NCBI GenBank assembly: GCA_021810145.1
Contig: JAJZJL010000124.1
Location: 1-14,100 of the forward strand
Source: Planctomycetota bacterium
Lineage (GTDB): Bacteria > Planctomycetota > Phycisphaerae > WQYP01
DNA: 14,100 nt
Reading direction: 5' to 3'
The notes below the pieces were generated by a model, which had not been told where the DNA came from, searched no databases, and saw only the letters and a list, made by a program, of their open reading frames with translations. The translations under genes and the position numbers were made by a program. Shown in pieces: positions 6,204 to 14,100 of the stretch; the stretch's first letter is position 1, and every line of letters starts with the position of its first letter.

Positions 6204-7175
6204 TCAGGCTGTTAGCGGCAACTCAATTGGTGGCACGGCATGCTCGATTTCCGAACGCTGCGGCTCAAGCCAGGGTGGCAGCATTAATTTTCTGCCTAAT
6301 TCCGCTGCCGGCTGATCCGCCGTAAAGCCCGGATTGCTGGTCGCAATTTCAAACAGCACGCCACCGGGTTCGCGGTAATAAATGGAATGAAAATAACAGC
6401 GATCCATAACCGGTGAAACTTTGAGACCAAGGCGGGAAATGGTCTGGTGCCACGCTGCCTGCTGGGCATTATCGGGTGTGCGAAATGCCACATGATGGAC
6501 CACGCCCGCGCCCAAGGTGCCATGCCGGAGGTCCGGTACCTGCAGCAGGTCAATAATCACCCCTGGCCCATGATCGTTGGAGCCGGCCAGAAACCGAGAT
6601 CGATTTTCCGCCTTATCCTGAAGTTCGTAGCCCATTACCGTCTTGAGCAATTCAATTGTTGACTCTTCCTTTCTTTGTGAAATAGTCACACTGTGCAGGC
6701 CGCGAATGGCATAAGTTACGCGAATTGGCCCGGCAGGCCAGGGCGCAGCGGTGGAATCCGCCGGTTGATCTTCACCAATGATCTCCACGCGCATACCATC
6801 GGGATCCAGGAAACTCAGCACCCGTTGACCGAATCGCACGCCATCCGATTCCGTTTCAATACCCCGCTGCGTCAACCGATTCAGCCAGAAGTCCATGGCA
6901 TTGGCGGGGACGGAAAAGGCCGTCGCGGTAACCTGCGGCGGTCCCACACGTCCACGTGCGGCTCCGGGCCAGGCAAAAAATGTCAGGAGAGTTCCCGGGC
7001 GGCCCAATTCATCGCCATAGTAAAGATGGTAACTGGCGGGGTCGTCAAAGTTCACCGTGAGTTTCACCAGCCGCAGCCCCAATACCCCGCAATAGAAATT
7101 GATATTGCTCTGGGCATCCGCGGAGATCGCGGTAACATGGTGCAGCCCCGGCAAAGTGGGATTTTCTGTGTTCAT
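6204..7175 (-). CDS. Ring-cleaving extradiol dioxygenase of the VOC (glyoxalase/bleomycin-resistance/dioxygenase) superfamily, two-domain MhqO/YfiE-like
   Basis: The N-terminus GLHHVTAISADAQSNINFYCGVLGLRLVK matches the VOC-domain HHV...D...s..FY...LG motif. A second VOC-like repeat (GLHSVTISQRKEESTIELLKTVMGYEL) is present, and the ~320-aa size fits two-domain ring-cleaving dioxygenases. The ORF track extends to 7400. However, the upstream 75 aa are K/R/P/Q-rich junk, whereas the ATG at 7175 (MNTENPTLPGLHH) is preceded by AAGGCGGA. Confidence 0.85.
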   Translation of the reverse strand: MNTENPTLPGLHHVTAISADAQSNINFYCGVLGLRLVKLTVNFDDPASYHLYYGDELGRPGTLLTFFAWPGAARGRVGPPQVTATAFSVPANAMDFWLNRLTQRGIETESDGVRFGQRVLSFLDPDGMRVEIIGEDQPADSTAAPWPAGPIRVTYAIRGLHSVTISQRKEESTIELLKTVMGYELQDKAENRSRFLAGSNDHGPGVIIDLLQVPDLRHGTLGAGVVHHVAFRTPDNAQQAAWHQTISRLGLKVSPVMDRCYFHSIYYREPGGVLFEIATSNPGFTADQPAAELGRKLMLPPWLEPQRSEIEHAVPPIELPLTA

Positions 7176-7503
7176 CGTGATTTTCCGCCTTAAAAGACCG
7201 TCCCATTGATTTTCCTGACCAGCCCCGTACCGCCGCTTTGGTTTCTGGCCGCCGACCGATGAATTATAGCCCGCGGCAACATAAATTTGCGATTGAGGCA
7301 CGCGTAACGGCGAAGGGCGATTGGAATTGCAACTTTTTTGCGGCTTTGACTTCCCAGTATCCCGCGGGCGCTCTATGATTTGGCCCGGTTGTTTGGGCAC
7401 ACCCTGAGCGGGGTGATGGCGTATTTTTTGCCGTTGATCCTGAACGGGCTTTTTGAGCGGGACTGTGACGAACGTATCAGTTGATAAACAAAACTCTGCG
7501 GCG

Positions 7504-10500
7504 ATGACCGGTGCGTTGCGCCGAACATTTCGTGCCGGACTTTACGCGGCAGTGGTTGCGGCGCTGGGAAGCAGCCTTGGCCTTGTGCAGGCGCAAAGTA
7601 TTGAGCAACCCATAACCCCGACTGTTTACCCGATTCTCAAGCCCACCGGAACGGTCGGCGTGCCGCTGGTGGTATCGGCCCAACACACCACCACCTGGCA
7701 GAATAACGGCGGTACGCTTCATTTATTGGCGGCGGGCCATGTTCGAATTGACATTGGCTATCGCAGGCTGTTTGCCGATCATGCGGTAATCTGGCTATAT
7801 CCGCAGGGGCAGGGACAATCCGGTTATTACAAGGTGCAGGTATATCTGGCGGGCCATGTAATTATCCGTGAAGGGACGACCCATGCGGCGGTAAGCACGG
7901 CCAATGAAATGCTGGTAACCACGCGCATTACCTCGCGTGTGCGGTTATCCGGCCCGGCACCGATTGCCCGCAATGATTCGAAAAATGCCCTTGTTATCCG
8001 TGGCAGAAAACTCATAGATGAACTGGCTTCCGCGCCGCAGGCGCAGATGGCGATTCCGAATATTGAAATATCGCCAACCGAATTGGCTTTACGCAATGGC
8101 TGGTTTGCAAGCGGATCACGGGTGCCGGTTGCTCCGATTCCCGTGTCACCGTCAAAGGCCCGCTCCCGGCCAACATCCAAAGTTGCGAAATCAACGGTTC
8201 CGCCCCCACCAACCCCTCAGGTCATGGCAACGGGCAACATCATCACCGAGCGAGTCATTGGAGATCAACGCGTCACGGTGGCCAAAGGAGAATTTTTCCT
8301 GTTCCGGCAATTGCCCGGCCACAATGCCCTGGAACTTCGAGCCAATAATGCGGTCATGTTCAGCCCGGCCGGACACGCTTCGGCCGGCAGTAAAGAAGTG
8401 AGCACTGCGGAAACCGCACCCATCGCACAAAAGGTTCAGGGCGTATATCTCGATGGTGATGTAACGGTTACCTACGGCGATCAGACGCTTCATGCGGACG
8501 AGGTCTACTACGATTTCACAACGAATCGGGCGATTCTGCTTAACGCGGTACTCAGTTCACAGGATATTCAGGCAAAATCGCCTTTGTATTTGCGGGCCAA
8601 GGAAATTATTCAGCTTGCGCAGGGGCAATTTGAAGCCAAATCCGTGAAGTTATCAACCGATGAATTTTATCAGCCCCATTATTATATCGGTGCCAGCGCC
8701 ATGACCGTGCGGAGTGTCATGGCGCCTGCACCGCCGGGTACGAGACCCAAAACCGCCTATTATGCCTTTACATCCACGAATACCACCGCCAGTTTTCTCG
8801 GCGTGCCGTTCTTTTACTGGCCGTATGTGTCGGGCACAACGCAACAAAGCCCGTCACCATTAAAGTCAGTAAGTGTGGGCAACTCCAGCATTTTTGGGGC
8901 GACCGTGGAGACGAATTGGAACCTGCTTTCCTTAATGGGAATCAATCCGCCGGGCGGTGTTACAGCGGACGTTAATGTCAATGAATACTCCAGCCGCGGC
9001 CCATCGACCGGAGTTAATGCGCGATATGACATTAACGGAATGCGTGGTGTGGTAAATAGCGCGTTGATGTATGACACCGGCACCGATCAACTCGGAGCCA
9101 ACCGTGACAACTTGCCGGTCAGCCAGCACACGCGCGGTTATATTTCCGTGCGGCATATGCAGCAGCTTTCAGATCAGTGGACGGTTGCGGTGGAAGGCAG
9201 TTACGTTTCTGATCCCAATTATCTGGAGCAATATTTTCAGAGCATTTATGCCACCGCTCCGGAGCAGCAAACCTCCATATATGTTAAACAGCAGCATCAT
9301 ACGGAAGCTCTCACGGCACTGGGAAAATGGAATCTGACCGGATTTATAACCAATGCCGATCTGGAAAACAATGAATATTCGGTCCAGCGCTATCCCGAAG
9401 TCCATTATTACCGCGAGGGTGACAAAATTCTGGGCCTGTTCACCTATTTCAGTGACAGCAGCGGCGGAATCATCAACGACCAGTTCAGCAACACAACGTC
9501 CGGCGTGCGGGCGCTGCAACTGAATTTTCCGGGATTAAATCCCAATGAAACCTTCTCACAGTATTATCTGGGCAACGGCTGGACCGATCAGCCCGTGGCC
9601 CGATTGGATTCCCGCCAGGAAATTGACTTTCCGCTGGCGGTTGGACCCGTGCAGTTTGATCCGTTTGTCAGCGGCCGCCTGACGTACTGGGATACAACTT
9701 TTCCCGTTGTGAATAACCAGTTGGGCGGCGGCACAACACGGGCTTGGGGAACCGTGGGATTCCGCAGTTCCACAACATTCTCCAAGGTGTATCCGGATGT
9801 GAAGTCGGATCTGCTGGATATTGATCAATTGCGGCATATTATTGAGCCGCAGATCAGCATGTTTGTCAGCGGCGCCAACGTACAGCAGGGATATCTGCAG
9901 CCCTTTGACCGTAATGTCGAGGGCATTACCGATGCCAGTGGTGCGGAATTTGCGCTGCGGCAAACCCTGGAAACCAAACGCGGCCGGAAGGGCCATCGGC
10001 AGATTGTAGACTGGATTACCTTCAATGTGGCCGCCGATGTGTTCTGGAATCATCATTTATCCGGGCCATTTGACCCCAACAATCCGCAGTATGCCGGCGC
10101 ACCATTTTCCACAAGTGATTTTGGCAATCCGTTAATCGGATATTATGACTGGAGCCGGCCGGAGTTAAGCCAGATTGCCGACAGCATCAATGCCAACTTC
10201 AAATGGCGGATCGGAGCGAATGTGGAATTTCTGGCGGATGAAAGCTGGAATGTTGACTTGCAGCAGTTGGAAGAACTTGACTCGGGCATAGAGGTTAATC
10301 AATCTCCAAACTTAAGTTACTTCCTGGGCAACCGGTATATCCGTGCGGTGAACTCGGACCAGTGGACGGCGGCTATTTCCTATAAGCTCACACACAAATA
10401 TACCGTGGCGGCCTCGGAAAGTTACGACTTTGCGCTGAATCATAATGTCATGACCGAATTTACGCTGGTCCGTGAAATTCCACGATTTTATGTCGGTATA

Positions 10501-10617
10501 ACGCTGGCGTATAATGCTGATACAGCGTCGACCGCGGCCATGCTCAGCCTGTGGCCGGCGGGCTTCCCGCAGGCCGGAGTTACCAATCAACAGGCCCTGC
10601 AGACTATTGCCCCTTAA
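7504..10617 (+). CDS. lptD: LptD/OstA-family outer-membrane LPS-assembly protein, unusually large (1037 aa) with Pro/Ser-rich insertion in the N-terminal domain
   Basis: The signal peptide is MTGALRRTFRAGLYAAVVAALGSSLGLVQA/QS. There are two OstA-N-like beta-jellyroll segments with the characteristic G-x-V-x-I...l-x-AD motif (AAGHVRIDIGYRRLFADHAVIW; LDGDVTVTYGDQTLHADEVYYDFTTNRAILLNAV). The long C-terminal region is rich in alternating aromatic and polar beta-strand patterns and Asn/Gly/Tyr, consistent with a large beta-barrel. The ORF track start at 7453 is a TTG; the ATG at 7504 begins the signal peptide. Confidence 0.6.
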   Translation: MTGALRRTFRAGLYAAVVAALGSSLGLVQAQSIEQPITPTVYPILKPTGTVGVPLVVSAQHTTTWQNNGGTLHLLAAGHVRIDIGYRRLFADHAVIWLYPQGQGQSGYYKVQVYLAGHVIIREGTTHAAVSTANEMLVTTRITSRVRLSGPAPIARNDSKNALVIRGRKLIDELASAPQAQMAIPNIEISPTELALRNGWFASGSRVPVAPIPVSPSKARSRPTSKVAKSTVPPPPTPQVMATGNIITERVIGDQRVTVAKGEFFLFRQLPGHNALELRANNAVMFSPAGHASAGSKEVSTAETAPIAQKVQGVYLDGDVTVTYGDQTLHADEVYYDFTTNRAILLNAVLSSQDIQAKSPLYLRAKEIIQLAQGQFEAKSVKLSTDEFYQPHYYIGASAMTVRSVMAPAPPGTRPKTAYYAFTSTNTTASFLGVPFFYWPYVSGTTQQSPSPLKSVSVGNSSIFGATVETNWNLLSLMGINPPGGVTADVNVNEYSSRGPSTGVNARYDINGMRGVVNSALMYDTGTDQLGANRDNLPVSQHTRGYISVRHMQQLSDQWTVAVEGSYVSDPNYLEQYFQSIYATAPEQQTSIYVKQQHHTEALTALGKWNLTGFITNADLENNEYSVQRYPEVHYYREGDKILGLFTYFSDSSGGIINDQFSNTTSGVRALQLNFPGLNPNETFSQYYLGNGWTDQPVARLDSRQEIDFPLAVGPVQFDPFVSGRLTYWDTTFPVVNNQLGGGTTRAWGTVGFRSSTTFSKVYPDVKSDLLDIDQLRHIIEPQISMFVSGANVQQGYLQPFDRNVEGITDASGAEFALRQTLETKRGRKGHRQIVDWITFNVAADVFWNHHLSGPFDPNNPQYAGAPFSTSDFGNPLIGYYDWSRPELSQIADSINANFKWRIGANVEFLADESWNVDLQQLEELDSGIEVNQSPNLSYFLGNRYIRAVNSDQWTAAISYKLTHKYTVAASESYDFALNHNVMTEFTLVREIPRFYVGITLAYNADTASTAAMLSLWPAGFPQAGVTNQQALQTIAP

Positions 10618-10635
10618 CCAAATCGGGGATGATCT

Positions 10636-11694
10636 ATGGCGAAATGTTTTGCAATTTACAGTTTCCTGCTCATGGCGACCTGTGCCGCCGGGCCGGTATT
10701 TGCCGCTGGCGTGGATAATGGCATCATGCCCTTGCCCACGCCGTACTTCGGCTCGGACAATCGAATCAGCGAGGGGCAATCCGGGAATGCGCCGGCATCA
10801 TTGGCGGCCTATCATGTTCATAAGCAACGCCTGCATGTGACCTTACAGTTCGGCTACTATAATGACTACTGGTTTCGCTATCATGATGTTTCCCCCAATC
10901 GCCCCAATCTGCAAAATGTGACACGAATCAGTTTAAGTCTAAAAAAATGGGGAACAGTGTATCTGCGCACATTTGAAGATTACTCCTACGATATTCGTAA
11001 TCCGTATATCAATGCATTATCCCGCGGAATTGCGGGCAGACCCGTTGCCGGCGGCAATATTGGATATGTTCCATCAAGCAATTTTACCGAAGGTGATATT
11101 ACCATCGGTTATCAATATGACCTCATGAACGTCGTGCGTCTGGATGTCGGCTACACCAATTTTATCACACCGGTGAGCCAATATTTTGTCCCCTCCGCCG
11201 ATCCTGTCGCCAATACCATCATCAGCCACGGTCAAGCCGATAGTCAGGAGGCGTATATCCGCGTGAGCTTGAATGACGATCGGTATCTGGGGCAATTTGC
11301 CATTCACCCGTTTGTTATGGTTGGATTTGATTATGATGGAGCCTACTACACCAGCGGAGCCGGGCAATATTTTGAAATCGGCATGAATCAGGTTTTTGTG
11401 GTACCACACACCGGCGGGCTGACCATTTATTCGCCGGTGAGCGTTTCGTTTATTCATGATGAAAAAAGACTGGATGTGAATCTCCACAGTTATCGCGATG
11501 GATATCTGGGAACTTTTGTGGGAACGGTGTTGACCTACCCCCTTAACGGCCTATTCCATATTCCCGCAGGCCGCGGACACTATGAAATCGGCGCGGTCAT
11601 TAACAGCATTTTTGCGGGGTCACGCTATTCGCAACCCGCCGGAACGCAAAGCGATGCCACGATTCTGGGATTATTTATCCGCATGAGCTATTAA
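10636..11694 (+). CDS. Secreted putative outer-membrane beta-barrel protein, unknown function
   Basis: There is an N-terminal signal peptide (MAKCFAIYSFLLMATCAAGPVFA/AG). The sequence is Tyr/Gly/Asn-rich with alternating hydrophobic patterns (e.g. YEIGMNQVFVV, GLTIYSPVSVSFI), and the C-terminus ends in an aromatic residue (...FIRMSY), typical of OMP beta-barrels. It starts 18 nt after the lptD stop. Confidence 0.6.
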   Translation: MAKCFAIYSFLLMATCAAGPVFAAGVDNGIMPLPTPYFGSDNRISEGQSGNAPASLAAYHVHKQRLHVTLQFGYYNDYWFRYHDVSPNRPNLQNVTRISLSLKKWGTVYLRTFEDYSYDIRNPYINALSRGIAGRPVAGGNIGYVPSSNFTEGDITIGYQYDLMNVVRLDVGYTNFITPVSQYFVPSADPVANTIISHGQADSQEAYIRVSLNDDRYLGQFAIHPFVMVGFDYDGAYYTSGAGQYFEIGMNQVFVVPHTGGLTIYSPVSVSFIHDEKRLDVNLHSYRDGYLGTFVGTVLTYPLNGLFHIPAGRGHYEIGAVINSIFAGSRYSQPAGTQSDATILGLFIRMSY

Positions 11695-11737
11695 ATGACT
11701 TTCACCACCGCGGCCCACTTCGAGTAATATAAAAAAT

Positions 11738-13237
11738 ATGATTGCTCCGTTGCAGGTTATTATTTTTCTTCTGATGGTGGCGGCATTCGCCGGCGCGCCG
11801 CAACGCCCGCCCATCGCTTTTTCCCCATTCATGGTGGTGCTGCTGGTGATTCTCGCCCACGCCGGCGTGCTGGCGGCGGCCAAGCGCCGATTCAACGGCA
11901 TCAGCCGGAAATTAGCATCCGGCATTTTTTCCACCCTGGAGGCTGGAACCGCCATTCAGGAAGCCATTTCCCGACTCATGGCCACAAACACGATGTTGCT
12001 GGCTGTGGATCTATGGATCTTCGGGCTGGGGTGGCTGGTGAAATTCCACTGGAACAGCCGGCATCTGCCCGTGCTGTCCTCGGTCATCTGGCTGGTAGCG
12101 CCGGTGCTGACCTGGCTGGCAATATGGTATCTGGAATATCCGCTGGAAAATCAAATCCATGGAATTTCCGAACTTTCTGCAGCAGGCAGTGATTTTCCAA
12201 CGCATCCAATGCCTTCCCGCTCGCAATATGTCAATATGCAGTTCCGGCATGGCATGTCGCTGCTGATTGTGCTGTTGATCTTTGATCTGCTGACGATTCC
12301 AGTTACCGCGGTGCTTAATAACCTGAATCTGGATAACTGGTCGGCAGTTGCATCACTATTGCCGGCCATCGCATTATTACTGGTGTTGCCGGCAGTGGTG
12401 GTTCGATACTGGCGAACCACCCGCCTTCCGGATGGTCCGCTGCGCACACGTCTGGAGGATTTATCGCGGCGCAAGCACGTTGGGTTCATGGACATACGTA
12501 TATGGCACACCTATTATCGCATCCCCAATGCCGCAATACTGGGTTTTCTGCCGTGGTGCAGATACTTTCTGCTTACTGATCTGCTTCTGGAACGATTGGA
12601 TCCACGGCAGGTCGAAGCGGTTTTTGCGCATGAGGTTGGACATGGATATCATCGGCATATCTGGTGGTACCTGCTGACGTTTACCGCAGCGGACTTACTG
12701 GGCACGGGAATCTCTCTCTGGGCCGGAAGTTACTGGGCATTAAGTGACAACACCTCCATGCTGTTGAATTTCACGATTGTCGGAGTTCTGGTCGTATTTG
12801 GCTTCTCACGCGTGAGCCGGTTATGCGAACATCAGGCGGATTGGTTTGCCGCGCAACACATTGCCGACCGTGTTGGTATCACCGTTCAGGTACCGGTCGC
12901 CTGCGCTGCAGCGTATGAATCCTCCGGCGAGGATGGCGCAAACCCATCGGCCCATGCCCCTGGGTACTCAGTGGATCGAGTCGAAACGGCGGCGCAAGCC
13001 GGTGCGCGGATATTTTCTGAAAGTTTGGCGATCCTGGTGGGCATGGCCAATCGCCCGCGCGATCGCGCGGGCTGGATGCATCCGAGCATGCAGGACCGCA
13101 TAAGCCTGCTGGCCGCGATGGCCATTTCCACCGAACAGCAGAAGCGATTCACCCGCCGCATCAGATTCATGCGACTGGGTGTTATAACGGCCGCCCTGGC
13201 AGGTACTGCGCTGACAATCTGGGCGGCCGCGAAATAG
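11738..13237 (+). CDS. Integral-membrane M48-family zinc metallopeptidase (HtpX/Ste24-like) with ~6 TM helices preceding the HEXXH motif
   Basis: The HEVGH motif (aa 298-302, nt 12629..12643) sits in the typical M48 context L-D-P-R-Q-V-E-A-V-F-A-H-E-V-G-H. The downstream third zinc-ligand motif C-E-H-Q-A-D-W-F-A-A (E364) and the conserved C-terminal W-M-H-P-S-M-Q-D-R-I-S-L-L (HPxxxxRIxxL) are both present. At least 8 hydrophobic helices are predicted. Confidence 0.85.
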   Translation: MIAPLQVIIFLLMVAAFAGAPQRPPIAFSPFMVVLLVILAHAGVLAAAKRRFNGISRKLASGIFSTLEAGTAIQEAISRLMATNTMLLAVDLWIFGLGWLVKFHWNSRHLPVLSSVIWLVAPVLTWLAIWYLEYPLENQIHGISELSAAGSDFPTHPMPSRSQYVNMQFRHGMSLLIVLLIFDLLTIPVTAVLNNLNLDNWSAVASLLPAIALLLVLPAVVVRYWRTTRLPDGPLRTRLEDLSRRKHVGFMDIRIWHTYYRIPNAAILGFLPWCRYFLLTDLLLERLDPRQVEAVFAHEVGHGYHRHIWWYLLTFTAADLLGTGISLWAGSYWALSDNTSMLLNFTIVGVLVVFGFSRVSRLCEHQADWFAAQHIADRVGITVQVPVACAAAYESSGEDGANPSAHAPGYSVDRVETAAQAGARIFSESLAILVGMANRPRDRAGWMHPSMQDRISLLAAMAISTEQQKRFTRRIRFMRLGVITAALAGTALTIWAAAK

Positions 13238-13407
13238 CGACCATCAATCGTTTGCGAGAGATATTTTAATCACCGCAACGCGCATAGAGGCGCGGCGGCC
13301 AAGTCCATTATCAATAAGCCCAGCGCGGCTCCGCCGCAACCAAGCATCACATAGCCGCCGGCTTTGCCGGCGGTAACCGGCCGCCAAAAGCGCGGTGTGC
13401 CGAGCTG

Positions 13408-13434
13408 GGAATTCTTCGCAGATCGCGAAGAATT
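13408..13434. repeat. Perfect 10-bp inverted repeat AATTCTTCGC-AGATC-GCGAAGAATT (extendable to 11 bp with a G-U pair)
   Basis: It was read directly from the sequence: the arms are 13409..13418 and 13424..13433, with a 5-nt loop. It sits in the gene-free region about 170 nt downstream of the M48 peptidase stop. Confidence 0.6.
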
Positions 13435-14068
13435 TGACAGATTGTGTCACAAAGCGAAAACATGGCGTGGTGTTGAGCCGTGGTGGGATACCTGCGGCAT
13501 TGACTTGGCGCTTCCCGTGCAGGAAATGCTGCTCGCGTTTTCCAACTATCCGCGATCTGCGGCTTCCGCGATTTTTACCATCCCCGTTGCTTTGATCGCA
13601 AAAGAGGACCGCCCCGGCGCGCACGGGGTACACTCTCTAAGCGGGCTGCACGAATACGGGAGAGGCTTCCCAAGGCGCTATGGCTCACGCGCGTTATCCG
13701 TTTAATCAGTGTAATCAGCGGTGATTTGACGTACCGGTGAAGGTAGTGGAAATGTGCGAACGCCACTGTGCAAGAACTGAATGCTCAAACCGGAGCCCAA
13801 GCCACTTGAAAGTTTTGGTGAATGGACCGCGGAGACCACGGATGATGCGGTTACGGTTGTGGGTTGCTGACGTTACATGATCCATACGAAGTAGCGCAGA
13901 TTTGATGCAATCGCAATTTTGCGGTCTGGCGATAGTGGTGTTGGACATCGCAATGGACGGCCATGCACCAAAAACTGGCAATGTAGCGCCTGCTTACTGC
14001 GGCAGACTAAGCTCCCAATTGGCAATGACTCCCCGCACGCCCCATCAATGGCGATCAAATAAGGAAAT

Positions 14069-14097
14069 GTGTCAATTTCCTTTGCGCGGCGTATAAT
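14069..14097 (+). promoter_or_regulatory. Sigma70-like promoter candidate reading out of the window (-35 GTGTCA, 17-nt spacer, perfect -10 TATAAT)
   Basis: GTGTCA is at 14069..14074, the spacer ATTTCCTTTGCGCGGCG is 17 nt, and TATAAT is at 14092..14097. A short hairpin GGAAAT-gtgtca-ATTTCC overlaps the -35 region. The target gene lies beyond the window end. Confidence 0.25.
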
Positions 14098-14100
14098 TGG

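Noticed and set aside
7176-7400. N-terminal 75-aa extension of the dioxygenase ORF (MPKQPGQIIERPRDTGKSKPQK...)
   Set aside because: It is low-complexity and basic, and is not part of VOC-domain proteins. The conserved N-terminus (MNTENPTLPGLHHVTAI) begins at the internal ATG at 7175, which has an SD-like AAGGCGGA.
7453-7503. TTG-initiated 17-aa extension of the LptD ORF
   Set aside because: The ATG at 7504 starts a textbook signal peptide (RR n-region, hydrophobic core, AQA cleavage site). The extension would bury it.
13313-13379. Tiny hydrophobic peptide on the minus strand (…GGYVMLGCGGAALGLLIMDLAAAPLCALR*)
   Set aside because: It is at most ~27 aa from its ATG, has no RBS and is embedded in the dubious 129-aa ORF region. 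It is too short to support.
13244-13705. ORFs 13244..13633 (-) 129 aa and 13364..13705 (+) 113 aa
   Set aside because: They overlap each other across a perfect palindrome. The + ORF starts with TTG. Composition is Arg-rich for the - ORF and Trp/Arg-rich for the + ORF, and they show no motifs, no RBS and no membrane or fold signature.
13715-14096. ORFs 13715..13981 (-), 13873..14058 (-), 13902..14096 (+)
   Set aside because: They are short, mutually overlapping and lack start context or recognisable domains. The region is better treated as non-coding pending an Rfam or blast search.
1-14100. tRNA, rRNA, CRISPR arrays, IS/transposase or integrase genes, toxin-antitoxin pairs
   Set aside because: I scanned for T-loop-like GTTCGA/GGTTCGAATCC motifs, regularly spaced direct repeats, and transposase or integrase-like ORFs, and found none. 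The only repeats are the short inverted repeats reported above.

Overview
This is a gene-dense chromosomal window from a moderately GC-rich diderm (outer-membrane-bearing) bacterium, with ten protein-coding genes that I can support and no rRNA, tRNA, CRISPR array or obvious mobile element. Shine-Dalgarno sequences are frequently weak or absent. The genes, in order, are listed below.

- **Membrane-stress operon (+ strand):** an NfeD-family membrane protein with an unusual His-rich linker (747..1478), a FloT-type flotillin of the SPFH family (1499..3199) and a PspA/IM30/Vipp1-family protein, which is ESCRT-III-like (3241..3948). All three sit on one strand separated by gaps of 20 and 41 nt.
- **Convergent three-gene operon (- strand, 5964 to 4333):** a 3-TM membrane protein carrying a PGLGHW motif, a 92-aa membrane protein and a YmdB-family metallophosphoesterase, with an ATGA stop/start overlap between the first two.
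- **Ring-cleaving dioxygenase (- strand, 6204..7175):** a VOC-superfamily two-domain extradiol dioxygenase.
- **Envelope cluster (+ strand):** a very large LptD/OstA-like outer-membrane protein (7504..10617), followed by an unknown secreted beta-barrel-like protein (10636..11694) and an integral-membrane M48 zinc metallopeptidase (11738..13237).

The last ~860 nt (13238..14100) and the first ~740 nt contain no convincing gene. They hold a perfect 10-bp palindrome and a promoter-like element that reads out of the window. The most interesting candidates for an under-described system are the nfeD-flotillin-pspA module, the YmdB operon with its two membrane partners, and the lptD-OMP-M48 cluster. 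All functional calls rest on motif recognition by eye; no database search was possible.
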